Program-made: the position numbers and the translations under genes
In this document: positions 47,722 through 60,900 of the stretch, one piece after another
How the letters are laid out: each line of letters opens with the position of its first letter
Position numbering within the stretch: the stretch's first letter is position 1
Assembly (NCBI GenBank): GCA_032718475.1
Contig: JAUCBJ010001978.1
Span: 48,142 to 112,141, forward strand
Direction of reading: 5' to 3'
Length of the DNA: 64,000 bases
Source of the DNA: Nemertoderma westbladi
Taxonomy: Eukaryota; Animalia; Xenacoelomorpha
Notes under the pieces: model-generated
Told to the model about the DNA's origin: nothing
The model's database searches: none
What the model saw: only the letters and a program-made list of their open reading frames with translations

Positions 47722-49609
47722 GCAGAGACCGATACGTTACTTTGACTTCTATGCCAGTCTTGTCTTGCCATATAATCATTGTGATAGATTACCAATCCCA
47801 GACCCCAGGCGTGTACAACACAATGAATATAATAGTTTGATTCAATTCAGATCTGTTGTTGATAGGACTTCTCTAAAAATGTATGACTTTCAATGATAAA
47901 TAGTTGAGATTTATAATCAAAATTTATGTTGTTTGTTTACATGTTTAGAATCCGTAAGGTCCACCTTTCCATCGTTACCAATAAGTCACGAAATGGGCTA
48001 AGATTATCTGCGGCACGAATGAATTCTATATATTATGAAGGCCATACAATCAAATCACTATTACATGCAATCGCAAATATGGAGCCGGGGGGGGGGGGGG
48101 GGGGGGGGGGGGGTGTCACTCAATTCCAATTGAGATAATATTCCAGGACATGCTGGAGTGTAAACGCTACACCGGCAACTGTTACAAACTTTATGAGGAA
48201 AGGAGCAGGTTAATGTGACAGGATGTTCTAAGCTTCTAACCAAAACTATAAGCAAGAGTCAAGCCCACTTGTTTCAACCGGTTGTCCTTGGCTGCCGATG
48301 TACCGGGTAGCTCTTAGTTACATCCGATATGATGTTCATATGTTTCGTCGTTGCGTACGTTGTAAAGAAGTGGTTTGATTCATATATTATGAGTTATCCT
48401 TTATTTAGTATTATACAGTATCTGTATATGTACAATTCACCCATTATCCCTACAATATCTACTACTGTACTGACTTATCTAGTGCCTGTGAGTCACTCCT
48501 TTCCGTACACGCAATGATTTTAATGCACCAGATGGGCCGTGTTGACTGACTAACGGCTTTAGGTTACCATTCTCATATATCTATTAGGGTAATGCAATAT
48601 AATAGGTTTGGGACTGGTGGCAATGTGCATTGTAATCCTTCTGCCTTGGTTTGATTATATTGCAGCTATCTAATCTGGCAGCGGTATTGGTCGATAACTG
48701 CGATATGCTGATCTGGGTTAGTACACTGTACAGACAGACACTGTAAACATTACTACAGCCTTACCTACCCTACCGGTGCGGTATCTTGCTGGGCTTGCAT
48801 ACCAGTATAGTATACCGCCTGATACTTCTGTACTTGTATACGGATACGGTTACCTGTCAGCCTGGTTTACCGGTCTGCCGGTGTGGTTTTGATATATTAA
48901 CTGTGAGGTGAGTATCTGAGTATGGCAGTATGGCTTAGCACTTAGCTGCTTAGGCCCAGGTTGGAATTTATGTGGAGTTTGCTCAACATGTGTGGCGCGC
49001 ATTTCTGCATTTAGGATCCTGGCGCGACGCGAAGGAACAGGGGTGTGTGGCCCCTATTGAAAAGTTTTATTTTCTGCGCCGAACGCGGCGCCGGGTGCCA
49101 AAAATCCTGCGCCGGCTCTGAGCAAAACCACGCCGGGTGCAAAAAATCCTGCGCCGGCTCTGTGCAAAACCACGCCGGGTGCAAAAAATCCTGCGCTGGC
49201 TCTGTGCAAACCCACGCCCATGCCAGGTGCAAAAACTTCTGCGCCGGCTCTGTGCAATGCAAAATGCTGCGCCGGGTGAAAAATCTTCCACCGGCTCTTC
49301 AAAGCCGCACCGGGCTGACTGGTATAAAACATAAAATATGCCTGTTATACTGTACAGTACCTGTAATTTATTCTGTTATCTATAAAAAAAATATGCCTGT
49401 TATACTGTACAGTACCTGTAATTTATTCTGTTATCTATAATACTGCAGCTGCACTAATCCAAGTTGATACTTAACGAACGAAAGTTGTGGGTGGGTGAAA
49501 TGAAAATAAGGATACAGAGACGGAAAACCTTAATAAAGACAAATGCAACAAGTACAGTGTCAGTAGGTACGTTGTTTTATTCCAAAAGTGTAACATTACG
49601 AAACAACTA

Positions 49610-51163
49610 CCCAGGTAGCACAGGACGTCCACGAAAGAAATTGAACGTTCATATTTGGTACTTTTTTTATGCGAATCTGAACATCAATGAAATATTGTTC
49701 AAAATAGGTAAAAATTGCTGACGTTGTGAGTAATTTACCAAATTGTGACGTTCACATTAGGTAATTTAACGTCCTAACTTTAAAGAAATTGAATATGAAC
49801 CAAAACAAACGAATATTGAACGTTCAAATTGCGTCCAGTTATGCGTTCATTTCTTTGTACCTAAATATGTACGTTGTTTGAACGTTTATGAACGTTCAAA
49901 CATAATTTACTTTAACTTGTTATGTCAACGGCATGTTCAAACTTGTTCGTGATACAATTATCTGACTATTTATTATTGTGCAATTATTTTTTATGTTGGT
50001 TAGCCTACTCCTTGTATGGTTGGTGTGGTTCCGCTTAGTTATACCTGGACTAATGGTTCATTCTCAATACAAAACAATTACTTTAAGTAATCGAAAAATT
50101 ATTCACACAACAAAACATTGATAACCAATACAATGCTGACGCATTTTTAAACATTTTAAACAACAAATAACATCAAAATTAGACAAAGGTGATTCTACTG
50201 ATTACTAAAGCTAATACACTAGTACTATGTCACGAAAAATTGTAATAAAATTATTAGAATATATTAGGCCTTTTGAACCAAGAAAATATCAAACAAAGAA
50301 AACCGGAAAAGTTTGTCTATTTTGATACCAACTGACCAAATACCATTACATTTTGTTGAGATAAATCGGATATATGGGTGTTGGAATGTTCAAACTTCTA
50401 TCATGTGTAGGGTAATTTTTTTAATCGCAAAACATTATTTTTTATTTTACAAATTTATCATATTATATAAACCTTTCTTACGTTTCAATTGCTTTTTGTA
50501 TGTATTATTGCCTTATTGCATAGATACAAAATTTAAAATATCAATTATAAGGTCATAAAATTAATTAATTTTTTTAAGATTCATCAATATGAATAATCTA
50601 TTTTGGCTGGAAATAAGATAAAATACAGAAATCTAACTAATCCAATGTGAATTTGTGGATCATCACCATAATATATCATGGATACTCTTATATCACTATC
50701 GATTAAATAATTTCATATATACTCTGATGCTTCCTTCTCTAAATGTATAGGGTATTGTAGGTGTAGGGCCGTAGGATAGTGTGTAGGGATTGGATAAGGT
50801 AGGCTACCCCCCCCCCCCCCCCCCCCCCCTCCCCTCTCTACACAGAACATGCACCAACAAACAGTGATTGGTTGGTCTCACGTTAAATTTTTACGTTTAT
50901 TCAACATAATATGGACCTATAACACACCAGAAATGAACGTCTAGTGAACACGTCATTTGAACATAGATTGCCTGTGGTCTCTTTTACGTTCAATTGCCCG
51001 TTCATATTACGGTACTTCTGACGGCCAACTTTGAACTATTGAACGTTTAGCATCAATAGCATCTTATGGGAGAAATACAACGTCATATGAACATAAATCC
51101 AGAACGTCTGGACGAATAATGAACGTAAATTTACCGTAAATTTACGTATTTGTGCTACCTGGG
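49610..51163. mobile_element. CMC/EnSpm-type MITE (TIR CCCAGGTAGCACA, TA duplication)
   Basis: ta|cccaggtagcaca...tgtgctacctggg|ta, with many subterminal gaacgt/aacgtt motifs at both ends. Confidence 0.75.
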
Positions 51164-51170
51164 TACTTAA

Positions 51171-52270
51171 CCCTTCCCCGGTAACGTGGGGTAAAATAAT
51201 ACCCCAAGGGGATTAATTTTGATATTTTTCGACAATCTCTCATATTATGTATGTCCAGCTTCATAGTATCTTCCAAAAAACTTGTAATCTAACGATTGTG
51301 TGGGTCATACCCATAAAATTTTTTTTATGAAAAATGTTATGGGCCTTTAATTTGAAAACAACTTAGTTAGGTAAGATGGGGTTATAAAAATACCCCATAA
51401 CGTTATAGTGCTGGTTTAGTGGTAGTTTGTGACTCATTTTGGTGTCATTGGAACCACAATGGTCGATTTAGTTGTACTAGACTGCTAGACAGCTAGAGGC
51501 ATGTTTTAACTTTGACTTTTTAAGACCAAATTATCAGTATTTTATGTAGCTACTGTATTCTGGTATTGTGTATGGCCTGTATTTCACAAGCCAAGACTTC
51601 GGCCTAATCGCGATATGCGATAGATTGCTAAGTATAAGTCTGTAAGTGAATAATTCTTATTGTAGGCTTTCTTAGTGGTCTTCTGTCCTTTTGGGTCTCA
51701 TTATGGGTTCATTGTAACTGCAATAATGTATAATTTAGTTGGACAATAATCACATTTAATGACCAAATCATCAGTACTTTTGCAGTCATGGTGTAAATTT
51801 CATATTACAATTCAAGATCTTCTGCTATTGCGAGGTGATATAGGGCCTATCTGTATATATATATATTTCACCTTGTTGACTTTCAGTGGTGGTATTTGAC
51901 TCATTTTATGCTTCTTGGAACTGCAATGGTATACTTGACCCATAACACCACTAAAAAACCTAAAATGAGAAACACTCTCACGCAGCTAATGCTTCACTAT
52001 GATAGTATCTTGTTACAAAACGCCCCATCGCGACGTTAACAATGATCGCGATTGTAGTGGGATAACTTTTGTGGCATTGAGCGTTGGGTAGACTTCAACC
52101 AAATTGAAAAAACAAATTCACAACGTATTTTTTCACCATTTGGCAAATTCTGGGAGGGGGATTGTAAGTGTTTTTCTGTTTAATGTTACTTAAAATGTCT
52201 TATCAATTTGGGGTATAAAAATACCCCACGTTACCGGTGAAGGATAATTTTTTACCATACCGGGGCAGGG
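51171..52270. mobile_element. piggyBac-type MITE (TTAA TSD)
   Basis: TTAA|cccttccccggta...taccggggcaggg|TTAA, plus subterminal inverted ccggtaacgtggggta / taccccacgttaccgg. Confidence 0.85.
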
Positions 52271-53149
52271 TTAAGAAACACTGCATGTAAATTTTTGTTG
52301 TCAAGTAAAGTGTACATTTTTTGAAATTACTCAAATGTTACAATATGAATTATAGAAAGAATATTAAAGACTACTTCAGTAGGCCTAGTCCTTGTATTTA
52401 TGTACTACGTTCTACTTTATTACATACTACGTAATGTGGTCCTATACGTCTATGCTACAGATACGGTATGTCTGAATGAATAATGACTAGCTGTATGTTA
52501 TGTTATTAATATCGCCAGAATAACAATATAATATTAATTTTTGCACATGTACGTACACGTACAGTAGATTAAAATAAAATGAACACATATCTGGCAAAGT
52601 ACGCTAATAAGCGTATGTACTATTGTAATAAAAATACGGATAATGGTATTCAGGTAAAATTGGTAAAATATTTAAAATTATAGTTTATTTACAGTACTTA
52701 CAGTTGGTGCATATTAATTATTAAAAAAAAAATGAAATTACAGTAAAATTAAATTAAAAACCGGCAAAGCATACTTAGGTTCAAGGGCTTCAACAACATA
52801 CAGTAGTACTAAAGGGAAACATATTAATAAGGACAAGTTTACAATACTCTATAGGATACAACACAACAATACGTAGTTATACGGAACATAAATTTGGTAC
52901 CGAAGGTATATAGTACCGTATGTCGCATAAGTAAAATATTACTGCTGAAATAAAACGCGCAAAGTAAAGTAACTACAAAAGATAGGAAAACAATTAAACG
53001 TAAAAAAACACTATTTTAAAATTTAACACAAAAAAATGTTTTTTGGGATTGAAAAAATGAAAATAATAGGTACTGTAGCTTGATTTTAATAAAGACATCG
53101 TTGTATCCGAAAGATATCGCTTTCGCTACTGCCACTTGGCGCAGAGGAA

Positions 53150-53900
53150 GATCAATATACTGTATATTCATTTTAAGGGACATTTCGCAGTCTAGTCTAT
53201 TTTTGAATATGCTCAATCATGGAGTACCAAGGGTATTACGTGCATTAACAACACTTTCCGGTAATGGTAAAGGATTCCAAATGTTTACAACGCTGTCTGC
53301 AAAGTTGTTGCGTGTTAGCATTGGTGGAGTTAGGAACGAAACTGGAAGAAATTACTTCGCTCAATTTTGTCAATCCCGGTGATAAACTTGTATGTTGATA
53401 TAAGGTCGGCTAGTACACGGCGATATATTATTGTCGGTAGTTTGAGTGCAAGTAGTCGGTTTTCATATGACAACTCAGACAGCGATAGTACAACTGTACA
53501 AGGCGAGTGACCACACGGTGTTGTACTTGTTCAAGACGTTCAATATTTATCATGTCGGAGGAATGGCGAACAAACAACTGTGTCGTATTAAAGGAGAGGC
53601 CGAACAAAGGATTTGTATAACAGGGTCATAGGGTAAACATCGGAGCTTCCAAATATGTAAAGGTTCTTCGTATTAAATGGACGACTCGCATATGGCACGG
53701 GCTACAATCTTTGTGCAGTGAGCTGTGATGCTGTGAAGGACAAGTCTGGTGTAAATGTAATTCCAAAATCACGTTCCTCGGTTGCCGATAAAAGTGTCCG
53801 TCCATTCATTGTGTAAAAAGTTGCTTGGGGATTTCTAGAACCTAGATGCATGCATGACCTTGCACTTGGAGTCATTGAACTGCAATTTCCAATGGTTACA
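53150..53900 (-). mobile_element. Degraded CR1/L2-group LINE RT 3' fragment
   Basis: Minus-strand WKLQFNDSKCKV, EERDFGITF, YKSFVRPLL and SIFKNRLD remnants, with frameshifts. Confidence 0.75.
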
Positions 53901-55016
53901 CATGTGTGTCGGTAATAAATTGTTTCATTATCAATAGTGCTATACAGCCATAGTATAAGTCGTTTATTTTATTCACTGTTCAACTTCATTCTGTCTGCCT
54001 GTTTGCTGTTTTATTATATGTGCAGTTTTATTTATACGCTTCTATGACAGCGGTGTCTCCATCCAAATAATATAATATAATATAAATATAGTTTATACAA
54101 TACAGCAATATTATGTAAATAAATAAACTGACTATGACCAATAGCAATAATGACTGATCAGCTGATAGCTGGAACCTTGATAGCCTACCTCAGTACCTGC
54201 CTACAGCATAAGGTTAAATACGTAAATAAATGACCAGTTGCAGTCAGCCAGTGCTGCAGTGTGAGTTTCCTTTATGCCTCCTGCATGGCCAGTTGTTATT
54301 GTGTTGCTGTGCTGTTGGTCTGATGAACGCATGTCTGCTGTCTCAGTCTCACTGTCTGCCTGGCAGCCTGGTGCTAGGTTCGGCTGATTTCTGCGCCAGG
54401 CAAATATGTACGCCGGGTGTGCTGGGCTGATTCTTGCTTCGGCGCCGGGTCAATTTCTGCAGCGTCGACGCCGGGAATATTTCGACGCCTGCTGCGCCGA
54501 GCGCAGCATCTCTACCATTGGCAGTGCTCCGCCGGCTACGCCGGCGTAGCACATCTCTGCGCCGACCCTTCCGGCTCATTGCCCGGCGTAGCACATTTCT
54601 GCGCCAGCTCCCGGCGCAAGTTCTAGTGCTGCGCCGAACGTGCTCGGCGTACATGTGAAACTTTTCAATAGGGTGTGTGGCGCGCATTTAGGATCCTGGC
54701 GCGAAGGAACAGGGGCGTGCGTGTGGCGCGCATTGAGGATCCTGGCGCGGAAATGGATGTCATGCTGTCATGTACAGTAGCAAAATGCACTGGCATGGCA
54801 ACATATCCAGCCACTCTCTGACTCTACTTGAAATTATACCGGTCTGCCACGCCAGTAGAGCCTATTTTTAAAAAGAGTTACCGGTAGGCCTAGGCCTTAA
54901 AATTTTTCGCTCGCTTCGCTCGCGTTTGTGTATTGTACCTGCCTACTGTACGCTCTACTCTTACTCATCATTCTAATAACCTGATAACTATTATACAGTA
55001 CCGGTAATAGGGATAT

Positions 55017-57668
55017 TTGATTAAAGTGCTATTTTATTACAGTATTTGTTTATTAACCTATAGACAGATAGAAGTAGTTCCGTGCCTTGACTGCTTGAAC
55101 TGGTTTGCACTCCCACATTATGGACAAACGGACAGATTGATATTGACAGGCGGAAACGCAACCTATTTTTTCAAATCAAGAACAGGAATCACAATAAGAA
55201 GCTCTCTAATAGATCATATAATATCCTCAGAAAACATTACTAATTGTTTAGAAGAACGCCATATCTTCCAACAAAACGATGATAACATTTCTGATCATAC
55301 ACCTGTCTCCTGCAACTTCAACATTCCTCAAATGGAGCACAAACAAAAATTACAAAACAAACCGGCGTGGAGGAATACTAGACCTCGCTTCTTTCTATTT
55401 AAAGAAGCAACAACAGAACAGAAAGAAGCCTATAGAAAATCTGTTAATGACGAGCTACTGAGCTTTAGCAAAATCTTGCTTAACGATGATGGTGTTTCGT
55501 ACTCAACAAACAAATTGCTACCAGAAGAGATGGTTAAAAAGATTAACCATACAATACTACAATCTGCCAAACACCACATCCCGTCCATAATACCCAAAAA
55601 ATTGAAACGCTGGAAGAACCATGGAAACAATGGCAAGACACTCCCAACTCGGTCTACTATATCACTGAAATCTCTAGAAATGATAAAAATTAAACGAACT
55701 TCCAACAACAACTTAACGTTGAAAGACGCCTCCCTTCAGAGACTACAAGAGGGTCGTATAAGAGCCAAAATAGCACATAGAGCATACCATGAACATATTT
55801 TGAGTCTCGCCCAAACATGTGCAAACGACACGGACAAATTCTGGAACAAACTCAAACGTGAGGAAACCAATCATACTACCATCACAGAAGCGAATGCGAA
55901 TAAACTCTATACCCACTATAAAGATTTCTTTGAGACAGACAGTAGTGATAAAAATAGCCACCAACAAACCACCAACGACGAAACTCAAGTCGACGGGGAA
56001 AACCTAGAAAGTAGTCCAACTAGTGAGCTCTTCAATGCCAAACTCTTTACAATCCAAGACATAAAGACTGCAATAGAATCACTTAATAAGGGAAAGGCGT
56101 CCGATTTTGCTAACATAACAACAGAGCACCTAATTAATGCATCATCAAATACTATGTGTAAATATATTGCTTTCCTTTTCAACAGCATGACCCATTGTGG
56201 AGTCTTTCCGGACAACCTATGTGCGAGTCTCTTACTACCACACATCAAGAATGCTACTAGAAAGAAAAACGATACAACAAATTACAGAGGAATTTCAATC
56301 TCATCAATCTTCGTCAAGCTGTGGGAAATTGTAGTTCTGAGCGAATTCACTCGAGAAGCAACTAGCCATCTCCAAATGGCATACAAGAAAGGAATCAATG
56401 GAGAAATCCCCTACATGGTAGCCAATAAACTAATTAAGCGTTTTAATGCAGGTGGCTCAGACGTCCACGTGCTCTCAATAGACTTATCTGCGGCTTTCGA
56501 CTGCGTAAACCACAAATCTCTCTTTAGTAAGCTTAGGGAAACAAATATCGATAAACCCTGGTTACAACTACTCGAATCACTCTACAAAAAATCTACAGCT
56601 TATGTAAGAACAGGACGACGTTTATACACACAATCAATCAAACTATCCAAAGGCGTAAGACAAGGGGGAGTATTATCTGCCTGGCTCTTTAATTTTTATC
56701 TAAAAGAATTATTCGTCAACATAGAATCATTAGGATTAGGTATACACATCAACAAGCACTCCTACCCTATAATTGGGTATGCAGATGACATACTGCTTCT
56801 AGCAAACCTAAAGAGCGATCTACAGAAGTTAACAACAGTCTGTACTACCTACTTCTCTGCACATGGCCTAAAAGCGAACCCAACAAAATCCCATTATGTT
56901 ATCTGCTCACCAACAACAAAGACAACCACTAAACAAACCCTGAAAGTTGGTCACACTACCCTAGAACACGAAAATAGTTGTCGATACCTAGGACTGCCCT
57001 TCCCCTTAACTCAGGACAGCCTAAAAGACAACTTCGTCAAAAGGTGCTGGTGGAATGTGGCGCGATTAAAGAACCGGGGGTTATCAACTTCTGATGTGCC
57101 CCTGATAGTTACGAAGACCATATGGAAAACCATTTGCACCCCATCAATCCTATATGGAACAGCAAATTACACAGATGCTATCACCAACGATTTTGAAGTC
57201 TTTTTTCGAAAGGCTATGAGATCAATATTAGGTGTCAAAAACTACGTATCAAACAATACCCTGTACCTTCTCCTAGGACAAGAAACCCTATCATCCCTAG
57301 TGGCATACAACAAATGTAGGATCATATACAGTGCTTTCAACTCTCGCAATCCAAAAATAATATACCTCTTCGCCTGGCTTCTAGCGCAGCATAGCCTTAA
57401 TATATATAAAGACCCCCTATTTGATGACTACAACGCTGCGTCGTGGATTTACGGACTACCATGCATAACCAGCCTAGTAACGGCATCCTACAGCACCAAA
57501 CATACCATAAAGAATGCGAAAGAACGCAACAAGCCAACAGCCAAATATAAGGACATTTTCAATGCGCTGTTTTTAAATAGTATCCTAAACAACATCAACT
57601 CAGAAAACCACGTAAGGCATGAATGTATCCTTGATTTTTATGGAATCGAAAAATCAACCACACAATAA
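55017..57668 (+). mobile_element. Non-LTR retrotransposon ORF2, 5'-truncated in the endonuclease, with intact RT (883 codons)
   Basis: APE C-terminus SLIDHII...ISDHTPV; RT motifs NYRGISI, QMAYKKG, SIDLSAAFDCVNH, GVRQGGVLS, GYADDILLL, RYLG. Short (AATGT)n-like tail near 57832-57844. Confidence 0.92.
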
Positions 57669-58143
57669 TAACTCATGACTAGGTACACACAGAGCTAACT
57701 ATCACCATGGTGTCTTTGAGTGACCTGACTTTTATTGATTTATTGTTTTATTGATTTACTGATTTATTGATTTATTTTTTGATTATTGACCGTTTTAATT
57801 ATAGCCTGCCGGGGCGTATGCCGTGCAAATGAATGTAATGTAATTGAGCGTCATGGCCAATCAGGCAGTCAGGCCAAAGTTTTAATCTCTTTCAAAATAT
57901 GAGTTGTTTGAAAGGTTTTTCAATTGTTCACACTAATATAGCTTAAAACCACGATTCAGCAGATTTTCCGTGCTCGCTACACTCCGATTTAATTCATAAT
58001 CACGTGTGGCACGCTTTTATGTCAATATATTCCCTATAGGGCTTAGGCTATGGAGTAGGAGTGGGTACGTATCTGCGTATTGCTGTATTGTGTTGCCTGG
58101 CAGCTTGGCCCGATGCAGATATATTTTTTGAACCACTTCCGTC

Positions 58144-59275
58144 CAGGGCTGGCAAAAACCTTAGGTTTTTCAGAAAAATTTTTAGGTTTTAGGTTTTTGC
58201 AAGGTTTTTGTAGGTTTTTGGAAGGTTTTTGCAGGTTTTTGAAGTTTTTCGCTAGGTTTTTGTAGTATTTCGCTAGGTTTTTGTAGTATTTCTGTATTTG
58301 TATAGGCCTATCAGCCTATTGATTGATTAGATTGACCTGGTTGGTAAATGATTAGATAAATTATATGGGGCCACATTTGGTCAACTGGTCAAGATTATAT
58401 TTTATAGACTGACTGACTGATAGATACACTATAATACAAAATTGTTGAAAGAATGAGTCCGTCAGGTTTCATTGTCATATTAGTTACAATTATATAAACC
58501 TGTACAAACTGACAAAGTCTGAAAGTAGGCTTTCAGCAGTACAGTCTTAAATTCAGACAGTAGGTGGTAGGTGCAACTATTTATTACACTATTAGTGTAG
58601 TGTATTAGTTCAGTAGTCTATCTGTCTATTAGTATCATTAGCATATCAATCAATGCATGCAGAATGCAGGCACGCGATTCAGCGAATGCAGAATGACACC
58701 CCATCCCACAGTCCCATACTGCCATAAAAGCATAACACAAACCATAGGCTAACCCGATAACCACCTGACTGCCTGTGACCACCAGCTGACCAGAGCCAGA
58801 GCTGCAGAGACCGGACCGACCACCCACTGACTGACTGACGCTGACCCAGCCACCTGGCTGCCTGAAGCCTGGACCACTTGCCACTGCTGCACTGTACGTA
58901 CGTCAGTACCGGTACGTGTACAGTTATCAGCAAGGTACATACTACATACGTCAGGATGTAGGTCTGTAGTCACAGTCAGGTAGTTGAGTTACCGGTCAGC
59001 GGTACCGGACCATCTGACTGCTAACTTGCATCAGCTAACTTGCACCAGTCAGCTTGTCAGTAGTGACAAGACAACTGGACTGGACTGGAACTCATCAGCT
59101 GACAATGCAAGTTGACTTGTTCAGTTGTTTTGAGTGTACAAATGAAATTAAAAGGCAAATTAAAGATGAAAAATCAAAAACCTAAAAACCTAGTTTTAGG
59201 CTTTTTTCAAATTTTAGGTTTTTGACAAAAACCTACAAAAACCTAGGTTTACAAAAACCTACTTTGCCAGCCCTG
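58144..59275. mobile_element. hAT-type MITE
   Basis: TIR CAGGGCTGGCAAA; 8-bp TSD CTTCCGTC (58136-58143 and 59276-59283); subterminal taggttttt/aaaaaccta arrays. Confidence 0.9.
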
Positions 59276-60023
59276 CTTCCGTCTATGGCATGGCAGTAAT
59301 GGAGGGGTGAGTACAAAACAAAGACAAAAGATTCAAGGCATGACATGTACAAAACGCAATTGTTAACTTTCGTTTATTGTTTTGGTTCCCCCAACACGCC
59401 TCTTTAACTGTAACCTTCTCCTTTCAGCCTTTACAAACCCAGTAACCTGCTCCTTTGAATGCATGTAATGGCAATGGTGGGACCATAGGATAGGATATAC
59501 GGGTTTATTGTTAATTTTCGCATATTGCTACGGAAACTAGCTAAAATTATAATCGTAGGCCTATAATTTAAAAAATGTTCTATAAATGTTGTATGATACC
59601 ATTTTTTCCTAAAATAATACCGGTACTCTTTTCTTAGAAATTGCTCTGATACGGTATTCTAGAAAATATATGTTGCAGTATATTCATACAAGTTTATGTA
59701 TTATCCTATGGTACAGCAATATACCAAACTTGCTACGGTTTCTTTCACATGTACTTGTACTATAGCTAAATATTTCACATTAAGCAAAATGACCATCTCA
59801 ATAAGATTTGTACCAAAACGAAAAAAACTATCCTGGCCCGCCTGCAGGGGTAGAACCCCACGACCTCTGGTGTCTGGAGCGATATTAATTCAAGGAAATG
59901 GATTTAAATGCTACGCCTGGCTTGAAAAAATTGAAATCGCGTGTTGGTATTAGAACACGATCCTTAAAAGTACAAAGTATGCTGTCATGTTGTTCGTTCA
60001 ATATGCTCAAATTAACAATAAAC

Positions 60024-60263
60024 ACAATATTGCAATGTTCTAGAGTTAATATACTGAAATAAAAACCTTCAGCGAATAAAATTGTAATAATCACTTCTGC
60101 CTAATCCTTCAGCAAATTAACCTAATATAATAACCTCGGCCTGCGGCCTCGGTAATTATACAGGTTAATTTGCTTCTGGAACGGCATCAGTAGGTAATTA
60201 TTCAGTTTTATTCGCTTCAGGTTATTATTTCCGTATATTAACTCTAGAACATTGCAATATTGT
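60024..60263. mobile_element. Palindromic MITE-like (possibly Crypton-derived) element
   Basis: Long inverted arms acaatattgcaatgttctagagttaatatac...gtatattaactctagaacattgcaatattgt around a ctcggcctgcggcctcgg core. A related inverted motif occurs near 60588. Confidence 0.6.
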
Positions 60264-60900
60264 ATGTATATTCACCTGAAGCAAAATAAACAATATAACT
60301 ACTGGAGACATGGCAGCATGGGGGGAAACTCGACGCAAAACCCGCCTTGGCGAATTAATATCCCGCCTCGATGTTAAATTCTCAATTTAGCTGTTTAGGG
60401 AAAGGACAGAAGGAGCAGGTTATAGTGGCACGTTATTTTAACCAAAACAATAAACTAAACACAATAGAACAGGTTACAGTTTTATTTTTGAGAGTAATCA
60501 TCTGTTATTTGCGTCCAATTTCCCTTGGAGAGGGATGAATTTTTATTGCGTCCAGTTTCCCCCCCTATCTGAACTACTGAACTACGGAGGCCGAAGGCCG
60601 AGATTGTTATTCAAGTTTTTTTTGCTGAACAAAAACAGTGAAATTTTTAAAGGCACCATGTTCAGATGTTAGATACGTTAATTGCTTTTTTAATTAGGCC
60701 TACCGCAATGAAAGTTATTGTCTGATTGTATTATACCGTTCTGCCGGTACTGTTAATACAGTAATAATAATGGTTATATAACAAGATGATGACGAGACGA
60801 TATCTTATCGATAATTGCCGCCTGTAACGTTATCATCATGTGTTCTACAGAGGTGCTGGTTTAATCGACTTAAAGGAATTACCCGTCCGTACCGGTAATA

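Larger units (their letters stand above)
49052..54673. mobile_element. 5.6-kb non-autonomous TIR DNA transposon with 16-bp TIRs, 8-bp TSD and subterminal GCGCCGG arrays; carries nested elements
   Basis: TIR CCCTATTGAAAAGTTT at 49052-49067, inverted at 54658-54673. TSD TGTGTGGC at 49044-49051 and 54674-54681. No transposase ORF. Confidence 0.8.

Noticed and set aside
49011-49440. Cys-rich repetitive ORFs, also at 54349-54687
   Set aside because: Subterminal repeats of the TIR element; no recognisable domain.
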